Of a stretch of 64,000 nucleotides of DNA, positions 38,144 through 50,629 are shown one piece after another. This DNA comes from Haliotis rubra (taxonomy: Eukaryota): the NCBI RefSeq assembly GCF_003918875.1, contig NW_025765736.1, positions 682,001 to 746,000 of the forward strand, given 5' to 3'. Each line of letters begins with the position of its first letter. The first letter of the stretch is position 1. Made by a program: the position numbers and the translations under genes. Under the pieces are notes generated by a model. That model was not told the DNA's origin. It searched no databases and was given only the letters and a program-made list of their open reading frames with translations.

Positions 38144-39419
38144 CTTGAAAGCAAATAACCCATGTGCCTATAGACTTGCAAGCTGACCCATATCGTTGAA
38201 TCTTGTTTGCTGAGTATCGGAGGGTGTGACCCAGGAAACATAGACTTCAACAGGCTCTTGCCTCAGCAGAGAAAACATATTTTATCACATTTGTATACTT
38301 GTCACACAAATATTATACTTTGAGCTGATTATTATTTTTCAACATTTAAAAAAGAACCAAACTTCAGTCTACACAGAATGGAGTCTCAGAGCCTTCCTAA
38401 TCTTTTATTCTATATTTCAAAATACCTGTTTATACACGATAAGGTGACTTAATGGTAGTCTAAGTAGCATGTTTGCTTTATCTAGGTTGTTCCTTGGCGT
38501 AATATTATCTAGACACGTGAAGAATCCGATAGCTAATGTCACTGATCTTCGTGCTTTGGGCTCACATTTTATTCACACAGACATCATACTTCCCTACAGT
38601 TGACGGAGATAGCTTACAGAGACCAACACACAGCCACCTGCAACTTCTTGCTGCTTCTTAATGATTCTATGTCTTAAGCAGTCGGATTACTCCAGGTCAG
38701 GAAATAACAAAGCAGAATAAATAACACACGTTCTAAAAATCGCCATGGCATATTGACTACATTTATGCATAAACAATATCCGCAACAATAGACATCGCAT
38801 ATCATAAATATCTTAATATCTCCGACCACACAGTACTTCGACTTGCTAACCTTGCACGCTATTTCTCAATAATATTGTGATGTGTCAATTTCCCAATTGG
38901 AACAACAGTTGATGCCGAAATCTTCATCCCACAAAAATTAGTCTGAATCAAAACTGGAACAAAGAAAGGTTAAACAATTAACAACGGTTTTATAATATTA
39001 ACTGAATTTACAAATCAATACAAATTATTTCAAAGTACACTGACAGTGCACAAGAGACTACAGTACATTTACAGTAGCTGTATTGAACAAGCCAGTGACA
39101 AAAGTATTCACCTTGCAGCAATAGTGGGCAAGCTTCCCAAATAAGCTTTGGCGTGATGTACGGGGTGAAAAAATAATCCTCACACAACTGCTGTCTCTAG
39201 GCGACAATAGAGGCATTACTTGCCTCTTATAAAGTCCATCCTGTGCTGGATTAATCTATGTTGCCCTAGAAGATTCCCTTGAGACCAAAAGCACGTAAAT
39301 AGAGAAGCTTCCATAACACTGCTTACATCAGATAGTTTCACATTCTTGACACAAAACTATTCTTAAAACGTTATGCACTCAACTGAAACAATGTTATACA
39401 AACAATATTGTAAATTCCA

Positions 39420-39670
39420 CTGCCATATACCCCCAACTACCCTTCGGACAGGGGAACGTTTCTGATTATATGTATTAATTACAAAATCTGTCAAGTGCAG
39501 AACAAAGAGTGAACATTACACATGATAGTTGTGAGATATATTTAACAAAATGCAAATCATGCATGGGTCAAACTGACCGTATTCAAGCAACTTGTGGTAA
39601 TGCACTAGCAATAATGTTGTCTTTGCCGTCAATATGCTTGACATCTAAATCAAATTCTGCAATAGCGCAG
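39420..39670 (-). mobile_element. Old Gypsy LTR-retrotransposon remnant (end of RNase H)
   Basis: Minus strand EFDLDVKHIDGKDNIIASAL resembles the Gypsy RNase H end (EFDxxIxHxxGKxNxxADALSR). Confidence 0.45.
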
Positions 39671-40859
39671 TAGGCAATGGTTGCTGTTGTTCATTTTGTG
39701 ATTGTGGGTAGTGCTTGAGTAGCAAACAAAATAGTAGGAAACAAAGTACACTTCAAATTGTTGCAAAGCTACCAACAGAGCAAGAGTTCCTTATCCGTGA
39801 ATGACAAGCGGGCTGTTCAAAGCCTGAAACATGTTCTTACAACAAGAGAGCACCAATGTCGCTTGCAACTGAGATTTTCTTTTAAAAGAACGTACTTGGA
39901 AAACAGGAGAATTAATGAGAAAGACATTAATATTTCTTTAAAGCAACCTGATAATTTCTGTCCCAGACATATTTCACTCTTTGCCCAGCATCGTATTGAG
40001 AGTGGCTACCACGTGTGACAAACTATGGGATAGGAACCAGCAATGCAAAAATTGGTATTTAACTAGAAATGTTACTTAAACCCATTGACCTTCATTTCAC
40101 GAACTCTGTACTGATACGTTCAGAAGTGTAATCAGACCCATTCCGTTGTTTTCAGATAAGCTGAAATTGCTGACATACCAAAGACCTCTGAAACATTAAG
40201 AAACCATGGTTTGATAATGAGAGCAAACGGGCAAGGAATTGAGGAGAACATTTCGCAGACAACCAACTTGAAAAACAACAAATGTATAGGTAAAGAGAAC
40301 ACAATCGAGTGTCCAGTGAGTGAGTGAGTGAGTGAGTATGATTTTACGCCACTTTAAGCAATATTCCAGCAATATCGCGGCGGGGAACACCAGAAATGGG
40401 CTTCTGTTCGTTTGCTTTCAATCGTGGGTGGAAGTTTCCATGTACGTGAAATGAATTCAATTGATTATGTCGTCTAGACGTCGAAAGTGGTCGATTTCTC
40501 GGCTTTTCCGATTCGCGCCGAAAGACGTGTCAAGAAAGGCTTCAAATGTAAACAAAATATAACGTGCTATGACCAAATGATATAGGTGTTATAATCCATG
40601 ACCATTCAGCTTATAAGACAAGTCGATTTCATAAACATTTACTACTTGGAAATATCAAAATCTTACAAAGTTTGGGACTCTCTACCGGAATCGACTGTCT
40701 ATGGAGGGAATGGTAGTTGATGACGACCAACTTCTGGTTGAGCATAGACAGGGCTTACCCCCTATGAACATGGTCCTCATAAACAATGAATGTTTTTAAC
40801 ATCGGAAGCAACTGTTCGACCTCATGATGAAACATGAACTTTTTAAAGTGTTCTTATTC

Positions 40860-41890
40860 TGTCTTTGTGTGCATGGCAGGGTGTCCTGATTCTGACATTG
40901 TGTTCATGAATGCTGCCTTGATTGTGACATTGTGTTCATGAATGGTGTCCTGATTCTGACATTGTGTTCACGAGAGGGTGTTCTGATTCTGACATTGTGT
41001 TCATGAAGGGTGTCCTGATTCTGCCCTTGTGTGCACGAGAGGGTGGTCTCATTCTGACATTACGTGCATGGCAGGGCGTTCTGATTCTGTCATTGTGTGC
41101 ATGGCAGGGTGTCCTGATTCTGACATTGTGTTCATGAATGCTGCCTTGATTCTGACATTGTGTTCATGAATGGTGTCCTGATTCTGACATTGTGTTCACG
41201 AGAGGGTGTTCTGATTCTGACATTGTGTTCATGAAGGGTGTCCTGATTCTGCCCTTGTGTGCACGAGAGGGTGTTCTCATTCTGACATTACGTGCATGGC
41301 AGGGCGTTCTGATTCTGTCATTGTGTGCATGGCAGGGTGTCCTGATTCTGTCATTGTGTGCATGGCAGGGTGTCCTGATTCTGAAATTGTGCGCACGAGA
41401 TGGTGTTCTGATTCTGACATTGTGTTCATGAAGGATGTCTTGTTTCTAACATTGTGTTCATGAAGGGTGTCCTGATTCCGACATTGTGTGCGTGGTAGGC
41501 TGCCTTAATTGTGATATTGTGTTCATGAAGGCTGCCTCGATTCTGACAGGGTTGTCTGATTGTGTTCATGAAGGCTGCCTTGATTCTGACATTGTGTTCA
41601 TGAGGGGTGTCCTGATTCTGACATTGTGTTAATGAGGGGTGTCCTTGATTCTGACGCCGTGTTCATGAAGGGTGTCCTGATTCTGACATTGTGTTCATGA
41701 GGGGTGTCCTGTTTCTGACATTATGTTCATGAGGGGTGTCCTTGGTTCTGACGCTGTGTTCATGAGGGGTGTCCTTGATTCTGACGCTGTGTTCATGAGG
41801 GGTGTCCTGATTCTGACATTGTTTCATGAAGGGTGTCCTTGATTCTGACACTGTGTTCATGAAGGGTGTCCTGATTCTGACATTGTGTTC
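40860..41890. repeat. Minisatellite of about 33 bp (GGGTGTCCTGATTCTGACATTGTGTTCATGAA)n
   Basis: Direct tandem array with variant units. Confidence 0.92.
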
Positions 41891-42164
41891 ATATCTAAAC
41901 ACTCATCTGAATTGTTTCAGAGGTGTGCTTTTTCACAACACACTGGCTAAACTAAAGTATTGCCTTCGCATGCAACTTCTCAATTTAACTGTTATTATGG
42001 AAGCATCATTATTTATATATTTGTATCTATAGAATCTATGTGTTAAGCGGGTTTCTTTTGCCACTAACCATAAATGCATACCTGTGAACATTGTACAGAG
42101 GGGACCCACCCTTGCTGACACTGGTCTAAAACCAAATGGTAGTCAGTACAGTCAGTCAATGTCT

Positions 42165-42640
42165 AGGTGGTGGGCGAGCTGGCTAAGGCGTCAAGCTAAT
42201 GATCCAGCGAGCTTGTGGTGCCGGTATCGAGCCCACCTGTGACCGGGTGTAAAAACCTTGGAGTCAACTTTGTGTGCAGACACTTTCAATGTTGTCACAC
42301 AAAGTTTGTACTTATAAGAACCCACGATTCCGTTGGTAAGTGACCAGATTGTGGCCACATGCAAAACGTCCAAACACCTAGTCGCGGGTACAGCAACGTG
42401 AAGTAAACTTGGACAAAGTACTGCGACTATGTGTACCAGTCCACCCAGCTGTGAATGGGTACCCGTGAAGGATGGGAAAGCCACATTAACTCGGTGCGAC
42501 TAGTGGCTGCAAGAGTTGTATAATCCTCAGGAAGTTGAGAATGATAATACGAACCAATGATCGAAAAAACAAGCCCCTTTGAGCAGCTGAGCTGGATATT
42601 AGCGCTAAGCAAATATTAGCATAATAATAATAATAATGAT
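42165..42640 (+). mobile_element. tRNA-derived SINE, family C (AAT tail)
   Basis: tRNA-like head, CCACCCAGCTGTGAATGGGTACC core, tail TTTGAGC...GGATATTAGCGC...(AAT)n; fragments at 57830-58010, 60805-60865(-) and 18385-18530(-). Confidence 0.75.
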
Positions 42641-42819
42641 ATTTGACTTTACAGCCCTTCATTGGTCATCATTATTTGGTACAGCAGTGCCCGATTGCAC
42701 TAAACAGTGTGCAATCCATGTTTTCGAGGTGTACAAAAACGCCCATGTGTATCTGAGATCATGATAAAAAAGTGTAGGTGTATCGGACAATACAGCTACA
42801 CCGTCTCAGAGAAAGGTGT

Positions 42820-43265
42820 GGGTATATCGTACACCTACAGTTTTACCCTGTGTGTAATGAGAGGATGTTCTGGGGAAGTGAGCGGTATATCGCACACCTA
42901 CAGTTTTACCCTGTGTGTAATGAGAGGATGTTCTGGGGAAGTGAGCGGTATATCGTACACCTACAGTTTTACCATGTGTAATGAGAGGATGTTCTGGGGA
43001 AGTGAGCGGTATATCGTACACCTACAGTTTTACCCTGTGTGTAATGAGAGGATGTTCTGGGGAAGTGAGCGGTATATCGTAAACCTACAGTTTTACCCTA
43101 TGTGTAATGAGAGGATGTTCTGGGGAAGTGAGCGGTATATCGTACACATAAAGTTTTACCCTGTGTGTAATGAGAGGATGTTCTGGGGAAGTGAGCGGTA
43201 TATCGTACACCTACAGTTTTACCCTGTGTGTAATGAGAGGATGTTGTGGGGAAGTGAGCGGTATA
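42820..43265. repeat. 63-bp tandem repeat (about 7 copies)
   Basis: GGTATATCGTACACCTACAGTTTTACCCTGTGTGTAATGAGAGGATGTTCTGGGGAAGTGAGC units. Confidence 0.92.
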
Positions 43266-43524
43266 TGTACAGGCCACATAAAACAAGCCCTGAACATGGG
43301 GGTTTCCGTACTGAGCAATCTAAAGATACTGGTACAAAATACTGACTAAAGTAAATAGATAACCACGCATATTTAATTTGACAGTTTACTCGTCGTTTAC
43401 ATAGTAATTTCGACAAGTTCCTCAACCAAATTAATGACAAAATTCCTAATTACAGGGGGTTATGAAACAATGAGGAATTTGCTAAGGCACTTTACCAAAA
43501 TACTATTGTCAACATATCGGCGAG

Positions 43525-43645
43525 GGATGGATGGATGGGTGGGTGGATGGATCGATGGATGGATGGATGGGTAAGTGGGTGGGTGGATGGATGGATGGAT
43601 GGATAGGACGGCTGAATGGATGGATGGATGGACGGGTAGGTGGAT
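43525..43645. repeat. (GGAT)n microsatellite
   Basis: Directly visible. Confidence 0.9.
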
Positions 43646-44784
43646 GGCAAGGGCGTAGCTATCATTATAGAAAAAAGGACCGGGCTTACACATGATTGTT
43701 GCTAAAAAGGTTGGGCAAACCCTCAATACTATCTGAATATAAAGTTTTGCAATCTATCGGGCTTACGCGAAAAACATGGCTTGCTATGCACCTGGACGAA
43801 TGAACAACGGCAGGGCAAATGGGCTAACAGCACTGATTGGTGAGTGAGTGAGTGAGTTTTGTTTTACGACGCTTTTGGCACTATTCCAGCAATATCACGG
43901 CGGTGGATACCAGAAATGGGATTCACAAATAGTGCCCATGTGAGGAATCGAACCCGGGTCTTCAGCATGACGAGCGAACGCCTTAACCACTAGGCTACCC
44001 CACCACTGATTGGTGATAGTGAAGAAGTGGAAGCCAGCACATAACCATATAACTCTCCCTGTTGTACAGACAAATATATCATACGTCCCGAGCACACCTA
44101 TACAGGTGTGTTCTCTGTGTCACGGTGAAACCTACACCTGGAAACTGGTGGAAAATAACTACAAATGTAGAGTCAAGAGATGCGGTTAGCTCAATTTATT
44201 ATACTAAGATAAACAATCAGGTGAAACCAAAGTGCGCTCAAGGACACCTCAAAACACACTTCTACTTGATGAACTGACTGGGGTACTTAGTCTAAACACT
44301 CAAGGAGAACAACTGCCGTCGTGCATTGAACAAGAGACAGATGGACCACCCGGTCTAAATACTCAGGTGGACAACAATCCAGCCAGTGACGGGTAGAATA
44401 GGGTCAACACACTCAGTATGTTTTTCATATTCTCCCTATCTACAAGCATGGGGCGACCCCGACCCCAAAATTAGGGTTCGTAAAACCAAGATACTGAGTG
44501 ACCGGGGTCAACTCTTCCAGTGACTGCTAGACCACGCGTGGTCGGCATGCTACTGTTTTTTCTCCTGATGACGCAAGTGAAGTCTTGACCTGGAAACTTG
44601 GGTGTAGATTGTGTGAGATGGCTCTGCTGTCTGTACTGCTGGTGTTATTGCTTATGCATGTTTGTCATACATTGTGTGTTTTATAGCAGTTTACCAAGAG
44701 TAACTTCTGGTCATGTGCCTGTGTGTATGTATAGTAGGCTAACGTTGTCTTACTGAGATCATCTACTTACTCAGCCAATGATAT

Positions 44785-45540
44785 TCAGTGTCCCTTAATT
44801 CTGTAAGCAATTATCTGAGTATTAAGTGTATTTGTATTCACCCAAGTGATGATAGTTCTTGTAGCTTCCATCTGGAGCCTTTCCAGTTTTAAACTTAGTT
44901 CTTTTCCACAGGAATCCCACAGTTTGCATGCGTAGTGAGGGCTTATTACAACTGTGTGAATATTTAGAAGCATATTTCTCTTAAGAAGGTGTTTAAGTTT
45001 TCCCATTGAGTAGCTCACTTTCGAGGCTTTGGGGGGACCATTTCCCGTTCGATGAGAGTATTATCCCTAAATATTTATGATTTTTTGCTGTTTTAGGTTA
45101 AACGAGCAAATATCACCTTTAAGTTAGAAAAGTACTGATTCTGTCATATTTGGATTTTAAGATATCAGCCACGTGTTTGCCCAATCATTTACCCTTCTGA
45201 GATTTACGTTTAATGAGGTTTCTATTCTGTTACGATTTTCAGAAGCCTTCCCTAATGATGTGTCATCAGCAATCTAAAAAATTAGCAATATCTTTCACAT
45301 AAACAATGAATAGAAAAGGACCAACACTGAACCCTGTGGGACGCCACAGACAGGGCTCCATTAACAAAGACTTTTTGATAGCGATTACATGTGTAATTAC
45401 ACAACCACTTTAACAACCTACCTTAATACCATACATTTCTAATTTATGCATAAGCCCTCTGTGCCGAATTCGATCAAAGAGCCTTAGAAACATCCAAAAA
45501 GACCATACAATATTCGTCTTTATCATCTGGAGCCAGACAT
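44785..45540 (-). mobile_element. Degenerate CR1/L2-group LINE RT fragment
   Basis: Minus-strand FLDVSKA, GVPQGSV, IADDTSL and LERLQMEATR motifs in broken frames. Confidence 0.8.
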
Positions 45541-45629
45541 TTCAGCAACGAGTGGAGATAAGGATGAACACATAGGCATGCGTGCGTGCTTGCTTGCGTG
45601 TGTAAGTACGTGCGTGCATGTATGCGTTG

Positions 45630-47990
45630 GGTTGAGTTGAGTTGAGTTTTACGTCGATCGGCTTTATTTCAGTCGCAACGGCTTTATTTCAGACATAAAG
45701 CTGCATCTGTATATATTTTAAGTACATAGAGTTTAGTTTAAACGAATCTCTTAAAATAAATTTATTTATATATTTATTACTTTATTTCATTATTATCCAC
45801 AAAGAGACAATGTCATAGCACCGAATTTTAAAACAAGCAATTTGTCTCAAACAAACAGTTACAATTTATAATTCAGATCAAACTCTCTCAAGTCGTTTAC
45901 AATAACATGTCCGTTCGCAGTTGAAAAGTCTACAGTGTCGAGCAGAATATGCTTCATGGTGAACACTTCATCGCGAGAGACACACTTAGGAGGCTCATCT
46001 CCATCCGCTTTGAGCAGACAGTTACGAGTAAACCGACAGTGGCCAATACGACATCGTCATAGTCTTGACTGACAAAACAAATAGGTATAAACGAGTTTGG
46101 GTTTCAGTTCACTTTCTTCCTACCTGGGCGTCCCACCAATTTTGCATTAGGTCCTGAGTATAACTTTTGAGAGTGGGTTTGAAGTCACATACGTGATCTG
46201 CAGTGGAGCTGACTTCACTGCAGCATCGGCTTTTGTGTTACCTGCAATGCCTACGTGACCCGATAACCAGCCGAGGACGTTGTCACATTGGCCAGTAGAA
46301 AGATCGTTGTAAAGTTCTAAAATGTCCTGGGTGATAGGGTGACTCGAAGTGACAATGAAAGTGAAAGGATTATGAAGTTCTTAATGTTTACAAATCATGG
46401 TTTGCGCATGAGCTGGTTTGCAGAGGAATTGGTTTCGTCTCCAATAGCATTTAATAGGTCTGAAAATAGTTCCATGGGATCAGGAACATTCATGGAATTG
46501 TCAGGTTTAGCTTTTTCGGAGCATAGGGTTTGGAATAATCGGCAATTGGCCTTGGTAAAATTCCACCTTGTTCATGGTGGTTCATCAGCGGGATTGATAG
46601 GAGTAAGAGTTGTTAGGAATTTGTCGCTTCCTCAAAGGTCATAGTTCAAACTCGTTCAAAATATTTGAAACCGCGAGTGATAGATCAAGAGCACTTAAGA
46701 GCACATACTGGCAAACAAGGATAAGTTGAGCACCGACCTGACAATTGACCCGTATCAGCATGTATCAGTGCCGCCCACTGGCGCTTGCTATTGTGACAGA
46801 AGGGGCCCCAGGTTGTCCGGGGTCAAGTGTAGTGCTACACCGACCACGTAAGAGTCTTATGAGCAAGGCGTGTGCAGCTACGTGCGGAATCAATTTCATT
46901 GTCATGTACTCCTCCACGTGCACTAGCCTGCGTCTCGTCTGCTCTACCTTTCACAAACCAAATGGGTTTGCTCATTGCCGTGCACCGCCTACTTCTCGTA
47001 AACGCGTTCTCTGCGCCGGTCCAACTTATCTTTGTTTGCCAGTAAGTGTTTGATCCATCGTTGAAGATGCACAAAGCATTATTTAAGAAAAAATCTCCAA
47101 GGACCTTTCCCTTATTGTTTGTATCAGTACTCCCCCAAAGAGGGTTATGGCCGTTTAAGTCGCACATGACTAAGCAGGGAGTTGATGAAACAAGTTCTGA
47201 AGATCTGATAGGCGGACAGTTAGTTGAGGGCGGAGGAAGATAGAGTGAACATAGAGTAAACCCTGTGGTCAGAGTCATACGGACAGCAGCTGCCTGTAGG
47301 TTTGTGTTAATGTTCTTTGGAGGGTGCCCTGCCTCACCAGGATAGAAGTGCCTCCTGTGAGTCAGAAGTTTTAACTATTGGTTTTGAAGGTGTCACAGTT
47401 TTGTTTTGTTTTTTCAGTGAAGCAGTAGCAAATGGTTGAACAGATTTTACCCATGTGAGGTCAGTCTGGGCCGAGTGAATACAGCAGAGTACGAGGTCGT
47501 TGATGGGGTGGTTAAAGTCAGAGTTTTTTCTTAGCCTCTTGAAACGAGATTTTTTGCTGGTGCTTTATCTACAAAATTTGAGATTCTCTTTGCCACATAG
47601 GGCAGGATTTCGAAGAGGCCATATGGTTCCCACCGCCGTTTGCATACTTCACGCCCTTCCCGCAGTCAGTATAGCTCCCCGATATGGACCCGGGGTAGAA
47701 TAGGACCCTTAGCATCCCATTGCTGGTCGTAAGCGGCGACCAAATTGGACAAGATGTTTGCTGTCTGCTGCGTCCAAGTGTCGGCAGAGAAAGATAGTCT
47801 GGTGGTTGATGATGACGAAACCTGCAAGAGTGTTCCAATACCAACTCACCACTTCGACCCTAACTTTGCCAAAACGGGTGGTAGAATACGCCCGATTCTA
47901 CCAGGGATAATCGACATCGTCTTCTATTCTCCCTGATTCTACCAATCGGGTGGTCACGCCATGCCCTGTGCATGTATTGTACTATACAGA
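45630..47990 (-). mobile_element. Degenerate, internally deleted I/Nimb-clade LINE (ORF1 Zn knuckle, APE endonuclease, RNase H) with probable inverted 5' segment
   Basis: ORF1-like HMASSKSCPMWQRE..IK...ISFQEAKK at about 47520-47670; APE SLYLPP, DLNGHNPLWGS at about 47050-47280; RNase H WLSGHVGIAGNTKADAA at about 46210-46275; tail CGACGTAAAACTCAACTCAAC at about 45630-45657. Confidence 0.8.
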
Positions 47991-48231
47991 CATTTGATAT
48001 TTAAAACATCTTTCAGCATGTTCAGAATGTTAATTTCTGTCAAAATACAAATTAGCTTAGAACCCCATTATGTACAGAAGACGGTGGCTAATGGACCAAT
48101 CTGGTGATGCTCACCTCCGATTTCCGTACGTCTCCAAGTGACTGCCATGGGCCGAACTATCCTGACCTTTGATCTGATAGACAGCTACAGCTTTTCGTGT
48201 CAACCATGCTGGAGTATAACACCAGTTTAAC

Positions 48232-49310
48232 TACGGAAGCGTAGTAGGGCCACGGTGAAATTTTTTGGGTCTTACTATCTCCTACGTAGTACTTATATCT
48301 CCTACGTAGGACTTAGTATCTCCTACGTAGGACTTAGATATCTCCTACGTAGGACTTAGTATCTCCTACGTAGGACTTAGTATCTCCTACGTAGGACTTA
48401 GTATCTCCTACGTAGGACTTAGGACTCCTACGTAGGACTTATCTCCTACGTAGGACTTAGTATCTCCTACGTAGGACTTAGTATCTCCTACGTAGGACTT
48501 AGTATCTCCTACGTAGGACTTAGTATCTCCTACGTAGGACTTAGTATCTCCTACGTAGGACATAGTATCTCCTACGTAGTACTTAATATTTCCTGTAGGA
48601 GATGATCGATATACGTTTATATGGATTAATCTGAAACGGTCGACTTAAAGCCCCAGACACGCACACAATCTCCTGTTTCACTGTTTCAGTCACTGTAAGA
48701 GTCTACAGTCATTCGTTTCATTCACTATTAGAGTCTACAGTTATGTGTTTCATTTACTGTTAGAGTCTACTATCATGTGTTTCAATTTACTATTAGAGTC
48801 TACTGTTTCCTTCACTATTAGAGTCATGTGTTCAACTAATTGTTGCACATTAGTACTGTGTTGGACCGACTGTTATACTTTACTGCCTTGCGTTCAGTTT
48901 GCTCTACTATTACGCGTTGCAGTTAGTTCACTGTTATATGTTGCACTTTGTTACACTTTACTATTATGCATTGGATATTTCAGAGGTCGTTGCACATGAA
49001 TCATAATCTGCGTGTACAGACGTGTCTTAGACTATAGGTGGCAATCTATGTGTACGTATCCCCTTATATTTATACAAATAACTATAATGACAATTCTTTG
49101 CCTTTTTGAATTTCGTATTGTTTTACGCCGCACTCAACACTTGTCCACCCCAGTCAAGTCAACCTGTAAACAATTACGAATAAAACCGCAAACGAGCGTT
49201 GCATCCGATCCAACCTAGCCCCATCAAGACAAACAACAACTTGCGGAGGTCGTGTTATAACCCGAGTTTCATATCACAACCTCACCCCAATCACATCCCA
49301 CCCAACCATC

Positions 49311-49361
<51 letters not shown>

Positions 49362-49816
49362 TAGATGTATGTATGATAGATTAAACATAACCATACCCAA
49401 ACCTCCATAACTGCAATTAGAACAGGGTCCACGTCACCCTAACGTAATACACACACAATAACACTGTACAGTAACACTGCGTTAGTGTCATGAATATTCA
49501 CTGACTCACATTTCGACTATCTAACGTCCTGCATAGCCAAACATTTCTCAACTTAATAACCATCCTTAAAAGGATATATTAAGTCCTACGTAGGAGATAC
49601 TAAGTCCTACGTAGGAGATACGTCCTACGTAGGAGATACTAAGTCCTACGTAGGAGATACTAAGTCCTACGTAGGAGATAGTATGTCCTACGTAGGGAGA
49701 TATTATGTCCTACGTCCTACGTAGGAGATATACTAAGTCCTACGTAGGAGATATTAAGTCCTACGTAGGAGATATTAAGTCCTACGTAGGAGATATTAAG
49801 TCCTACGTAGGAGATA
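48232..49816. mobile_element. Non-autonomous DNA element with inverted subterminal arrays of a 21-bp unit containing the palindrome CCTACGTAGG
   Basis: Left array TAGTATCTCCTACGTAGGACT at about 48275-48600 and right array AGTCCTACGTAGGAGATACTA at about 49575-49816 are reverse complements. Putative left end TACGGAAGCG; right end not found. Confidence 0.65.
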
Positions 49817-49823
49817 ACAACAA

Positions 49824-50430
49824 TGTAACAATGAGGATGAAAAATAAAAGGTTATAGAATATATTTTGAAATCGACAAAACCTGAGGACAATTATAATGA
49901 TTCTAACACTGGTCTGAAGACAAAACAGTGGAACAGATCGGTAAACGCACCATGCTTTGCGGCAAACCGAGGAGCATGACTTTTCACGTGCGGTCAGACC
50001 ACGTGGTAAACGATCGAATCTGTCAGTTGTGTTGAGGTTATGCTTGGGTTAAGGTCTGACTTGAGTTGAGACTTTAGTTGAGTTCAGGTTTCCCTTGAGT
50101 TCGGTTGTTTCTTGAGTTGGGTGACAGCTCGTCAAAATAGGATTTAGATAGACTGATATAAAGACTGTATAAGTGCATCCAAATAGAAGTTCCATATAGC
50201 TAGCTGCTATAGAGCTTGATATTGTAGATAGTAGACTTACGCTGCAATAGAGCTAGATAGTGTAGATAATAAAATTTAAGGTATCACATTAAGTTTCTTG
50301 CCTCATTAGCATTTGTTATAAGAGTTCCCCATTTGTATTGTTTGAATTATTTCATCAGTTTAATCAAGAGAGTCACGTTTAGTTCCCCAAATAGCATATT
50401 TCGATACTTTAAGGTTTAGTCAGTTTAAGA
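49824..50430 (+). mobile_element. Probable LTR (TGTAACA start)
   Basis: TGTAACA begins immediately after the truncated CCTACGTAGG array and is followed by env-like and pol remnants; the 3' boundary is uncertain. Confidence 0.35.
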
Positions 50431-50629
50431 ACAAAGAAAGACACATCACGAAATACTAAGACCAAAGTATCACCCATGCATATATATTTCCAAACCCCAT
50501 GAATTACTTATCCAATAAATCTCTCAAAACCAATGACAGTATCATTAATTAAATTGAGATCGTCTGCTTACAACAGTAACAGCAAATCCTCAGTTCTGAA
50601 ACTACAATATACACCTAAGATCCGAGTTC

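Noticed and set aside
44560-44600. CTGATGA...GAAA hammerhead-like core (also near 62826)
   Set aside because: Stems I-III and the NUH cleavage triplet could not be formed convincingly.
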